A DNA stretch of 64,000 nucleotides, from the NCBI RefSeq assembly GCF_028641065.1, contig NC_073401.1, positions 20,336,001 through 20,400,000 on the forward strand, read 5' to 3'. Origin of the DNA: Leucoraja erinacea (Eukaryota). The notes below the pieces were generated by a model. That model saw only the letters and a list, made by a program, of their open reading frames with translations. It was not told where the DNA came from and did not search any database. This document shows, piece by piece, positions 14,201-24,874 of this stretch. The position numbers and the translations under genes are program-made. The first letter of the stretch is position 1, and every line of letters begins with the position of its first letter.

Positions 14201-17200
14201 CAAAAATATTATGGGTAGAATCTGTTGTTGAACGAGTTCACGTTTCACAAATGACCACTAGATGGATGGAGCAAATTATGTTTTAGAACCATTTTACCTA
14301 CCTTTAGTTTAGAGATAAAACATGGAAACAACTAGTCCGCGCCGACCTGTGATCACCCATATACTAGTTCTATCCTACACACTAAGGACAGTTCAGTGTG
14401 TAGGATAGAACTAGTACAGTGGTTCTATCTTTCCTCCCACATAACTACTGCAATGGTTCTATCTTTCCTCCGGGTGCCACCCCACCCCCCACCCCAAGCG
14501 CAGAGACGTGCTGCAGCACAACTAGCCTTTCCAACAGCTTGAACTCCGTGAACCCCCAGCAGAGCCACCGCCACGCCGCGCCAGAGACCCGGGCATGACA
14601 CCGCCCCCCCCCCCCCCCCCCCCCCCCCCACCCCCACCCCATGCCCTCCTTCCACAACAGGTGCCCTGGCACACTAGCTCCATCCCACAACATTAGGGAC
14701 AACTGACAGTATGTAGGAGGAAACATGGCCACAGGGAGCACCAGAGACCAGGATCGAACTCGGGTCTCTGGCACTCTAAGGTAGCAACTATACTGCGGCG
14801 GCACTGGTCCGTCCCAAGGTGTTGTATATTTTGTGTAGTGTATGTTTTTTGGTTGCTTTTCCAATAGTGCTGTACATATTAATCCCGTTATTCAGTTATA
14901 GCGAACAATTGGTAATAACGAACAATTATTAACCCCCCCCCGTGTGGTGCATTATAGCGAGGGTTTGGTGTTTACAGAGTACTATGTTTACATATCTGTT
15001 GTCCTGCTGCAAAGAAGAATTTCATTGTTCTTTTTCGGGACATGTGACAGTAAAACACTCTTGAATCAAATTTCCAGAAGTTAATAACCCCAATACAAGT
15101 ACAAACATTAGACTATACAAACCTGAGCTTCTTTGGTTTGAGTTTTGTGGCTCTTGAAAGATTCCTCATAGTCTTCCACCACTGTGGTATCATTTAAAGC
15201 TGCAATACGAATCTAAAGAAGCAAACACAAAACAATTAACTAAGCTCAGCGCACTTCAAACAAGTATATGTATCTAGGTACATAAAAATGATGGAGAAAC
15301 TCAGCGGGTGCAGCAGCATCTATGGAGCGACGGAAATAGGCAACGTATCGGGCCCGAACCCCTTCTTCAGACTGATGGGGGGTGGGGGGGGGGGCGGGGA
15401 GAGAAGAAAGGAAAAAGGAGTAAGAGCCCGAGGGCTGAGGGAGAGATAGGAAGGGGAGGAGACAGCAAGGGTTAACAAAATTGGGAGAATTCAATGTTCA
15501 TTCCCCCAGGATGCAGATTCCCCAAGCGGAATATGAGATGCTGTTCCTCCAATTTCCGGTGGTGCTCGCTCTGGCCATGGAGGAGACCCAGGACAGAGAG
15601 GTCGGATACGGAATGGGAGGGGGGGTTGAAGTGCATCTAGATCCTGACACACAATAGACTGCAGATGTTAGAAACTTGAAAGAAAAATAAAGTGCTGGAG
15701 GAACCCAGTAGACGTCTGTGGAGGGAAATGGACAGACAATGGTTCAGATCAGGATCCTTCTTCAGACTGATGGAGAGCCGAGTGGAGAAAGCAGGAGAGA
15801 TAGGCGAGGGTCAAGGACCGACAAAAATGATAGGTAAATTCATGCAAGGAGGGATGATTGACAGATGGGTGAAGACAGTAACCAAGGCTGTAGGTGGTGA
15901 AGAAAAAAAGGGCGCAAATGTGGAATCTGAAATGTAGAACCAGAGAAAGGGATAGTGGGTGGAATGAAACAGCAGAGGAAAATGGGGGATTTGGAGTAGG
16001 GTCGGTTCAGAGATGAGCAGATGGACGAGGAGAAAGGAAGTAGGTAAAAGGGGTAGATGATAAAGGTTTTTAATAATTAAATTTACCATCGCCTTTATCA
16101 TTGCTTTTAATATGCCAGCATGATGGCCCATGGTCAATTGTAGAATGTGGAAATCAAAACGTTAGACCTGGCACAATACTTATGGTCTACCAGACAGCAA
16201 GATCACTGCGAGTAAGTAACTTACAGCAGCTACCGGTCACTTTAACTTAATAACAACCCTGCAAATGCACTATAATTTAAGTAAAAAATAACTCAGCAGG
16301 TCAGGCAGCAATTATGGAGGACATTGGAGGCAATTATCCAGGTCGGTAACTTTCATCAAACTTTACTCCCTGCATTCATTCCCCACCCCTTCCAACTCCA
16401 AGTCTGAAGAAGGATCCCAAGTTGAAACATTCCCTGTCCATGTACTCCAGAGATGTTGCCTAACCCACTAAGCTACTCCAACACTTTGTGCTTTAATCAA
16501 CATTCCAACTCTGCAGTTCTTCGAATCTCTACTATTACCTATTGTTTTATTACATACTTTCCCATCCAAGCTGATCTCCAAACTCGTGGAACTTGGTCAG
16601 AACTCATTTCTGCAACCGGATTCACAACTTCCGCACCAACAGACCACAACTAGGGAGGATAGGTGACAAATCATCCTCTATGATAATCCTCAACACTGGT
16701 GCTCGGCGAGGATGCATTCTCAGCCCTTGTCTTTACTCTTTATACACCCACGACTGTGCAGTCAAGTACAAATATAAATCAACTTACAAATTCAGAGACA
16801 ACGTCATCATGGTGGGCCGGATATCAAATATTGACGAGACGATGTACAGGAATGGGATTGAGAACATCGTAACCTGGTGTCAAGACAACAATCTTTCTCT
16901 CCATGCAGGCAAAGAAAAAGGAAATGGTGTTCGACTTTAGGAAGTGAAGCGGTACACATACCCGGTATACATTGACGGTGCCAAAGTAGAGTTGGTAGGA
17001 AGCTTCAAGTTCCTATGAGTAAATATCATCCGCAACTTGTCTTGGACCGCCCATATCAAAGCAATAGCCAAGAAAGCACACCAACTCCTCTGCTTCCATG
17101 GAAGACTTAGGAAGTTCGGCATGTCCCCAACAACTCTCAACAACTTTGACAGATGCTCCGTAGTAAGCATTTTATAGGGATGCAGCACAGCATGGTTTGG

Positions 17201-20200
17201 GAACAGCTTCTTCCAAGACCACAATAAACAGTGGGAGAATTGTGGACGCAGCCCAGATCATCACACAAACCAACCTCCCTTCCATTGACTCCATCTACAC
17301 TTCAATATAGATAGATAGATATGCCATTTATTGTCACTATACATGTACAGTGAAACTGAAAGCTGCTCGTACTCAGTGCATACATACAATTTAGCACAAA
17401 AAACAAGAAACAGAAAAAAAAAAAAAAAAAAGGGGGGGGGGGGGGGGGGGGGGGGGGGACATATATACATATATCATATATACATATATACAGATGGAAG
17501 GCCGTGTTGGGCGGTGTAGTCAGTGCATGTGTGAATTTGAATTTATGGTAGATATAATTCTCAGAAAGCAACTATTCCTGAGTCTGTTTGTCCTGGATTT
17601 GATGGGACAAATTCACAACTTTATATACAGCATAAACAAGGATGAGTCTCACCCCAGACACTCCCTCGTCTCTCCTTTCCCATCAGACAGGAAGTACAGA
17701 ATTGTGAAAACGCATGCCTCTAGATTCAGGGATAGTTTCTTCCCAGCTGTTATCAGCCATCTGATCCATCCTATCACCTACTAGACATTGGTCCTGCGCT
17801 ACAATCTACCTCATCAGAGACCCTCGGACTATCTTTTAATCGAACTTTACTAGACTTTATATTGCACTAAAAATGATTCCCTTTATCCTGCGTCCACACA
17901 CTGTGGATGACTTGATTGTAATCATGTATAGTCTTTCTGCTGACTGGATAGCGCGCAACAAAAGCTTTTCACTGCACCTCGGTACACTTGACAATAAACT
18001 AAACAAAATGTAACAACATGGCTGTCAACCTTTTTGGTTTCAATCAATTCCTACTGACCTTGTAATTACTTCTTTCACAACTACTTTAGTCGTTCTTAAA
18101 CCAATTGTTTTAAATTATCACCGGGTTTCCAACATTTCTGTTAAATGCTGGTGCTCAAACGGTAGTATCATCATTTGTGAATCACAAAGTCAGCTTGCAG
18201 GTACAACAAGCAATTAGAAAATGGAACAGCACATTGACCTATATAGCAATGAGACTGGTGTACAAGAATAAGGAGTTTTAAACAGGGAACTGCTGAAACC
18301 AAAATTATAGATTACATAGAGAATTAATCTTCTCATCATAGGAATGACACATGGAGGCAATGGACCAATTTGATTTCTGGAATTAATTGATAGGACTACA
18401 AGGAAAGATTGCATACAAATCCCCTGTATTCCTTAATGGTTAGAAGAATGAAGGTGATTTTGAAACATACAGGATTATGAAGGCACTGGATAAGGTGAGG
18501 TTACTCCTCACAGCAGGAGAATCGAGAATTGGGTAAAATATCATTAGGATAAGGGATATAGAAGTATAGGACATGTAGAATAAAGATTAGGAGGGATATA
18601 TTCAATCAGTGGTTTGTGAATCTATAGAATTCTCTGGTACAGAGAGGAAAGGTTTAGAAGAATATGGGCTAAATGGGACTAGCTTCGATTAGGGGGGGGG
18701 ACCATCTTGTTCAGCATGGACCGAATAACCTTTTTACATGCTTATGTCTCCATGCCTCAATGACCTCAAATTCTGTGTATGTTCCATCGTTGTACATTCA
18801 AGACTGTGATCATTACACTTTTGGAATCCAAGAAAGCATGGAATAGAGATCATGACAGAAAAATAATTTGAGAAAAAACATGAACCCTGCAAAGAAACAT
18901 AGACAGACACACAACAGAGAAACAGGTCCATCAGCCTACTGAAACCATGGCATCTCAATCAACATTTACATTTATCCCTTTTTATATCGCTACTTTCCCA
19001 TCAACTTCCACCAGATTGTACCACTCACTTACACATCGGGGTCAATTTACAGTGGCCAATTAACCTATCAACTCACGGGTCTTTCGGATGTGGGAAGAAA
19101 CCAGAGCATCCAGAGAAAACAAGAGGTCATAGGGAGAATGTGCAAACTTCACACACAGCATCCAAGATCAAGATTGTCCCTGTGTCCAGAGACAAAAATG
19201 TTTTAATCAGCACAATGTCAAAGTGATACTCTATTTATGGATATGCCATCTTTTGAATGAAATATTTTCCCAAGGCCATGACTATTGGACAAATGTATAT
19301 TGGAGAATGTTGCATACAGTTCTGGGACGAGTCACAAATGCAGAATTTCTAATTGAAAGGGCAAAAGTGTTAGAATGTAATCTAAGATTTTCACTCCACT
19401 GGTAACATCATAACATTAACCATAATGAAGTGCTTTGAAAGACTAATGACGACCACATCTTATCCAATCTTACAGATAATTCAGAAATCCTGCAATTTGC
19501 GTATAGGAAAATAAGTGTTGTATAGGAAAATTAATTCTACAGAGAATGCTATAAACCTTGCACTATATTCAGCTATGGATCACCTTGATAAGCACATCTA
19601 TATCAGTATGCTATGCATTGGAAAGGTACATAGATAGGAAAGGTTCAGACAAATACAAGCCAAATGCAGGCAGATGAGACTAGCATAAATGGGGTATCTT
19701 GGTCGGCATGAGCAAGCTGGGATGAAAGGGCTGTTTTACGTACTGTATGACTCTACTACAGTTCAGCCTTCAACACCATATTTCCAAATGAATGCATCCC
19801 TAAAATTCTGGACTTTGGCCTTGGGGCCTCCATCTGCAACTGGCTTCTAGAATTCCTGACCAGCAGTCGGATAGAATCGGTTATATTTTCTCCAATCTGA
19901 CCCTCAGGGTTGTGTGCTCAGTCCCTTGCTCTACTCCAGTCTATCACCAGAAACCTAACCTGGTCCCTTCACACTTTTGACTGTGGTGATCAAGCAGGCA
20001 CTTCATCATATTTACTTTCATAGAAACATAGAAAATAGGTGCAGGAGTAGGCCATTCAGCCCTTCGAGCCTGCACTGCCATTCAATATGATCATGGCTGA
20101 TCATCCAACTCAGTATCCTGTACCTGCCTTCTCTCCATAACCCCTGATCCCGTTAGCCACAAGGGCCACATCTAACTCCCTCTTAAATATAGCCAATGAA

Positions 20201-23200
20201 CTGGCCTCAACTACCTTCTGTGGCAGAGAATTCCAGAGATTCACCACTCTCTGTGTGAAAAATGTTTTCCTCATCTCGGTCCTAAAAGATTTCCCCCTTA
20301 TCCTTAAACTGTGACCCCTTGTTCTGGACTTCCCCAACATCGGGAACAATCTTCCTGCATCTAGCCTGTCCAACCCCTTAAGAATTTTGTAAGTTTCTAT
20401 AAGATCCCCCCTCACTCTTCTAATTTCTAGCGAGTACAAGCCGACTATATCCAGCCTTTCTTCATATGAAAGTCCTGACATTCCAGGAATCAGTCTGGTG
20501 AACCTTCTCTGTACTCCCTCTATGGCAAGAATGTGTTTCCTCAGATTAGGAGACCAAAACTGTACGCAATACTCCAGGTGTGGTCTCACCAAGACCCTGT
20601 ACAACTGCAGTAGAACCTCCCTGCTCCTATACTCAAATCCTTTTGCTATGAATGCTAACATACCATTCGCTTTCTTCACCTGCTGCACCTGCATGCCTAC
20701 TTTTAATGACTGGTGTACCATGACACCCAGGTCTCGTTGCATCTCCCCTTTTCCTAATCGGCCACCAATCAGATAATAGTCTACTTTCCTGTTTTTGCCA
20801 CCAAAGTGGATAACCTCACATTTATCCACATTATACTGCATCTGCCATGCATTTGACCACTCACCCAGCCTATCCAAGTCACCTTACAGCCTCCGAGCAT
20901 CCTCCTCACAGCTAACACTGCCCCCCAGCTTCGTGTCATCCGCAAACTTTGAGATGTTGCATTCAATTCCCTCGTCCAATTCATTAATATATATTGTAAA
21001 TAGCTGGGGTCCCAGCACTGAGCCTTGCGGTACCCCACTAGTCACTGCCTGCCATTCTGAAAAGGACCCGTTTACTCCTACTCTTTGCTTCCTGTCTGAC
21101 AGCCAGTTCTCTATCCACATCAATACTGAACCCCCAATACCATGTGCTTTGAGTTTGTATATTAATCTCTTAGCGTCCTTAGGCGTCTAAGAAGATTCAG
21201 CATGTCCACAAAGATTCTCTTAAATTTCTACACATGCAATTTGGAAAGTACTCTCACGGGATGCATCTCGGCTTCATATAGGCTCATTACTGACAGAACC
21301 TGCAGTTGGTGGTGAACACAACTCAGTATCACTTCCTTCCATCCAGTCATCATGAACACTCAAAATATTCTCAAGGATGTCTGCCATCCTGGCCATTCAT
21401 TTTTCTCCCATTACCTTCCAGGAGAGGATACAGGAACTTAAAAGCTTGAATGCCCAGACACAAGACCAGCTTCTACCCCACTACTATTAGACTGTTAAAC
21501 CAATCAACTCTTTCACATCTCCTTCCCGAAGCTCCTGCCACATACGCTTACTCATAACTTGACCTCATTCCGTTATTATTGTACTTTAATTTTCTTGCAT
21601 TACAATACTGCTTTATTCTGTTGTTTTGCACTTGTTATTGTATTTATCATAACTAGAATTATAATGCGTGCCCTGTTAGCTTGATGTGAACAAGGCATTT
21701 CATTGACCCTGGTGTATATGACAATAAACTAATCGGAATCAAAAGCAGCTGCTGCTTTAACCCAATGTTGTCTGACACCATTCTAATGTGATGCTTTAAA
21801 TTCCTACACTGGTACTGCTGTAACAATGCATACATTCATTATCTCTGTTCAGTTCCATGCCAATGCCAAAAATGTAGCAATTCAGGTCATCCTACAGTGG
21901 AGTTTGGACAACATTCAGGATTGGATTGAAAGCAACAATTAACATTCACAGAATCATGGAGTCATTTTTCAGCAGAGGCCCCTCAGCCCAGCATGCCATG
22001 CTGACTGGAAAGTACGATCCGTACTACTACCATTTACCAGCACATAGCAATTAGCCTTTTATGCTTTCAAGTCAAGTACCATCTAAATGCTTAAATATTG
22101 TGAGAGTTTACACATCTACCATACCTTAGGTAGTGCACTCCCTTAAACCACCACCTCACTGAAGAAAATGCTCCTCAGATCACCTCTAACCTCTTATCAC
22201 TTACCAATGCTCTTCCGTCTTAGATGCATCTGGTATGGATAAGGTTTCTTACTATTTACCTATCAGGTCTCGTCTCAGCCTCTTCCACTCCATGGCAAAG
22301 AAACCCAGCCTATCTGGTCTCTCATAACTGGAATGTGCCATCCATGATCACATTTATGATTCATCTACTCTACACCCCTTCCATTATATTTACATAATTA
22401 CTGAAATGTGTCAAAACAGAAATGTACGCTGTACTCCAGCTGTGGCCTACACAACCAATGTTTTGGAAAGTGGCTCCTTGCTCTTATATTCGATGCCCCA
22501 GTTGATGGAGTCTTGTTTCCTGAACTATGATCACTTTTCATCAATCCTTGTTTTAAAGATTGGAACATCCAATCACTCCAAAATTTCTGAAAATACTATG
22601 CTTCACTGTACATCAGTGTCAGGAGGCTTTGGGAAGGGATGTTTACCAGAATAAAGTCTAGGTTAGGAGGTATTAGCAACAGGGAGCAGTTTACAGACAT
22701 GGATTGTTTTTTATCAAAAATGCTGGAGGTTGTGGACAGACCTGATCAAAACATATAAAATAATGAGGCATACCTAGGATATATAGTCAGAACCCTTTTC
22801 CCCCCCAAGGATGAAACATCAAATACTAGAAGGCATAGCTATAAGGAGAGAGGGGCAACATTTAAAGGAGATGTACAGGGCAAGTTTCTTTACAGAGGGT
22901 AATCAGTGCCTGGAACACGCTGCCTGGTGTGTTGAAGATGCAGATACAACAGCGGCATTTAAGAGACTTTTAGATAGACATATGGATATGCAGAGAATGG
23001 AGGGATGTGGATTATCTGCAGGTACATAAGCAGTGGTCTTGGTATCGTGTTCAGTGCAGACATTGTGGCCGAAGGCCTTGTTCTTGTGCTGCATTGTATG
23101 TTCCATATTATGATGGTCATCACCACCAAGAAAAAACACATTCACCTTCTCCTGACCTTCAACAGCTCCACCACCACCATTTTCAGCATCCCATTAATGA

Positions 23201-23880
23201 GAAACTTCACTGAACAACCAGATCAGCAAATACTCATTCAAGCAGACAGGGCAGTCTATGTCAATTGACGACACGGTTCAAGTTAGGAATCTGAATGTTC
23301 ACCTACTTAGTTTGGCGTCATGGAAACTCTCAAGACTTTTGACATAGTCCAGGTCATTATTCTGGATACTAAACTCAATGCCATCTTCTTCGTTACTAGA
23401 GCAGCACAGAAAGAGTTACCGGAGGCACGATGCAATAACTGATAATTCCAACACTGCAACCAGGGACTGCAACCAGGGACAGCAACAGTGATGTCACGGG
23501 AGCACCATCATGCCTCCCCTTCCTAAAATCGTCTATTCATCACCAGAGAACGACTCTGCTTCTCTGTCTAAACACCACCAAAGATCCTCTGCTATAGGAT
23601 CTTTGAACACCACCACCACCAGATTACTACCAGCCTCCGGAAGTAAGTGACCCCATCTGCCTCCATCATCAGGGCTGATCCTGGTGCTAATGCGACAATG
23701 CCTCTGCGCTGCCGGTCGCCACCTCTGACCAACGGATCAACGGCGAGGGAGCGGTTACCTCTGCCACTCGGCACCGATTAGTAGCCAAGAGCTATTGGAC
23801 ATCGGGCTCCTGACCTTATCTCGGCGGCAATGGGTCAGAAGAAGGCGTCTCCGCGACCTGCTGATCAGCTCACTCACCAT
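2059..23880 (-). CDS. CABIN1: Calcineurin-binding protein 1 (HIRA/UBN1/CABIN1 complex subunit), 5' portion; 9 coding exons, 3' end outside window
   Basis: Spliced translation M|IRIAALND...TKEAQ|[23 protein letters not shown]...|[27 protein letters not shown]...|[16 protein letters not shown]...|...|[11 protein letters not shown]...[12 protein letters not shown] matches the vertebrate CABIN1 N-terminus. All introns are GT-AG with consistent phases. Confidence 0.97.
3080..3480 (-). mobile_element. Degenerate RTE-clade LINE 3' fragment
   Basis: [13 protein letters not shown] and a terminal zinc-knuckle remnant [12 protein letters not shown]; stops in all frames. Confidence 0.5.
3570..4036 (-). 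mobile_element. Penelope-like element fragment (GIY-YIG endonuclease + terminal repeat)
   Basis: ORF 3696..4043 [29 protein letters not shown]...VAQHFNS. Confidence 0.88.
3599..3630 (-). ncRNA. Minimal hammerhead-ribozyme-like motif in a Penelope repeat
   Basis: CUGAAGA-A-GGGU(UUCG)ACCC-GAAAC-GUU. Confidence 0.55.
4335..4627 (-). CDS. CABIN1: CABIN1 exon ([31 protein letters not shown]...Pro/Thr/Ala-rich...EAVVVQ)
   Basis: Within ORF 4330..4662; 293 nt, phase 2 to 1, gcag/gttagt. Confidence 0.9.
6686..6835 (-). CDS. CABIN1: CABIN1 exon ([49 protein letters not shown])
   Basis: 150 nt, phase 2 to 2, tttag/gtacgt. Confidence 0.92.
7381..7510 (-). CDS. CABIN1: CABIN1 exon ([42 protein letters not shown])
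   Basis: 130 nt, phase 1 to 2, cag/gtaggt. Confidence 0.95.
7640..8208 (+). mobile_element. Rex/Babar-like LINE 3' fragment
   Basis: Decayed [12 protein letters not shown] coding region and [11 protein letters not shown]. Confidence 0.7.
8278..8305 (-). ncRNA. Minimal hammerhead-ribozyme-like motif
   Basis: CUGAAGA-A-GGGU(CUCG)ACCC-GAAAC-GUC. Confidence 0.5.
11085..11265 (-). CDS. CABIN1: CABIN1 exon ([60 protein letters not shown])
   Basis: Within ORF 10981..11310; 181 nt, cag/gtaagt. Confidence 0.97.
11810..11944 (-). CDS. CABIN1: CABIN1 exon ([45 protein letters not shown])
   Basis: 135 nt, ag/gtaaag. Confidence 0.95.
12931..13044 (-). CDS. CABIN1: CABIN1 exon ([38 protein letters not shown]), TPR region
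   Basis: 114 nt, ag/gtaagc. Confidence 0.95.
13680..14180 (+). mobile_element. Rex/Babar-like LINE fragment
   Basis: FKFLG..ISEDLSW and [13 protein letters not shown] remnants. Confidence 0.7.
15123..15212 (-). CDS. CABIN1: CABIN1 exon ([30 protein letters not shown])
   Basis: ttctttag acceptor, CAG|gtttgt donor, 90 nt. Confidence 0.95.
15280..15635 (-). mobile_element. Penelope-like element fragment
   Basis: Same family as 3570-4036. Confidence 0.75.
16560..18005 (+). mobile_element. Rex/Babar-like LINE RT fragment with a nested insertion
   Basis: ORF 16593..16940 [23 protein letters not shown]; [11 protein letters not shown]; (AAACT)-type tail. Confidence 0.8.
19405..21735 (+). mobile_element. 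Old Rex/Babar-like LINE interrupted by a younger CR1
   Basis: [14 protein letters not shown] and SSAFNTI remnants; RRLRRFSMS resumes after the CR1. Confidence 0.65.
20018..21170 (-). mobile_element. Young 5'-truncated CR1 LINE (RT C-terminal half)
   Basis: ORFs 20884..21123 and 20110..20877 in one frame separated by one stop; [11 protein letters not shown] and KFADDTKL; (TTCTATGT)n tail. Confidence 0.95.
22620..23110 (+). mobile_element. CR1 3' fragment
   Basis: FFT..., [11 protein letters not shown] remnants. Confidence 0.7.
23878..23880 (-). CDS. CABIN1: CABIN1 first coding exon: initiator ATG at the exon end
   Basis: GCAGGATG|gtgagt at the end of a GC-rich 5' UTR; the next exon starts IRIAALN in phase 0. 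Confidence 0.85.
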
Positions 23881-24305
23881 CCTGCGCCGCCACTGCCGCT
23901 GGGCTCCGCTCCACGACAAGGAGCTCCAGGCTACAAGTCCGGTACACGGGCCGCGGGGCTAACGATGCCGGTCAGCGGTTCTTCCCCGCAAACCGCAGGG
24001 CCGCTATTCCCACTCCGTGTGGATCTCTCCGGTGGGCGCTGGACTCCGGGTACCGATCCACGGCTTTTCAAGGCCGGGTCACCGGTGCCAACGTACGGCT
24101 CTTGCCCGCCGGCAGCTCAGCTCTCAGCGCCGCCCCGTTTCCATGGGGTTACCCACTCCTCAATAACTCGACCTCCTAGTGGCTGGCGGCGCAAAAGCAT
24201 CATCCAATCATAAGTCAGTGGGCGAGGCTCGAGCCTCACCTTGCACATAATGCGCATGCGCGATGTACGTGGGCGTCAACCGTCGGCTTTGGGCGTCACC
24301 GAAGA
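23881..24305 (-). promoter_or_regulatory. CABIN1 CpG-rich 5' UTR/promoter with NRF1 site and CCAAT box
   Basis: CpG-dense stretch in an otherwise CpG-poor background; TGCGCATGCGCG at 24251-24262 fits the NRF1 consensus YGCGCAYGCGCR; CCAAT at 24204-24208; two GGGCGTCA half-CRE motifs. Confidence 0.7.
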
Positions 24306-24874
24306 GAGAGGAACAGCAGGAAGCATGAATGAAGGAACAAGTCACAGTGAAATCATTTACTTGCATGCTCAAGGTATGCAAACAATTGCCACATAAAGGG
24401 CGCTGACAAAATTACAAAGTAGCTGTGCCAGTCCTCCCACTCCAACACAGTTCAACTCCAACAACTCCATTCAGTTCAACGAATTCACCACTCTGACGAA
24501 AGAGATTCTTCCTCGTGTCCTTTAGGTCGACGGGGTTAGTGAATAGATGAGATAGAGGGAACTTTGCAGATGCTGGAATCTTTTACCAAAAATTACTAAG
24601 TCATAAAGTAACTCAACACGTCTCTGGAGAATGTGGATAGGTGATGTTCCAGATCCAAACCCCTCTTCAGACTTGTTGTAGAGGTTGGGAGGGGGGGGGG
24701 GGGGGTAAACTGTAAGACAGGTGGTGGCGGGACAAAGTTTGGCAAGTGACAGGTGAATAAAAGTGAGGAGGGGTTGTTTGGCAGCTGTAAGGTACCCAAG
24801 CAGAATAAGCAATTGCAGATGCTGGAATCAGATCAAACAAGCTACTGCTGGAGGAACTCAATGGACCATAAGTT

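Noticed and set aside
17414-17490. Poly-A/poly-G/(AT)n run and other long G/C runs as functional G-quadruplexes
   Set aside because: Simple repeats inside retroelement remnants; homopolymer lengths are unreliable.
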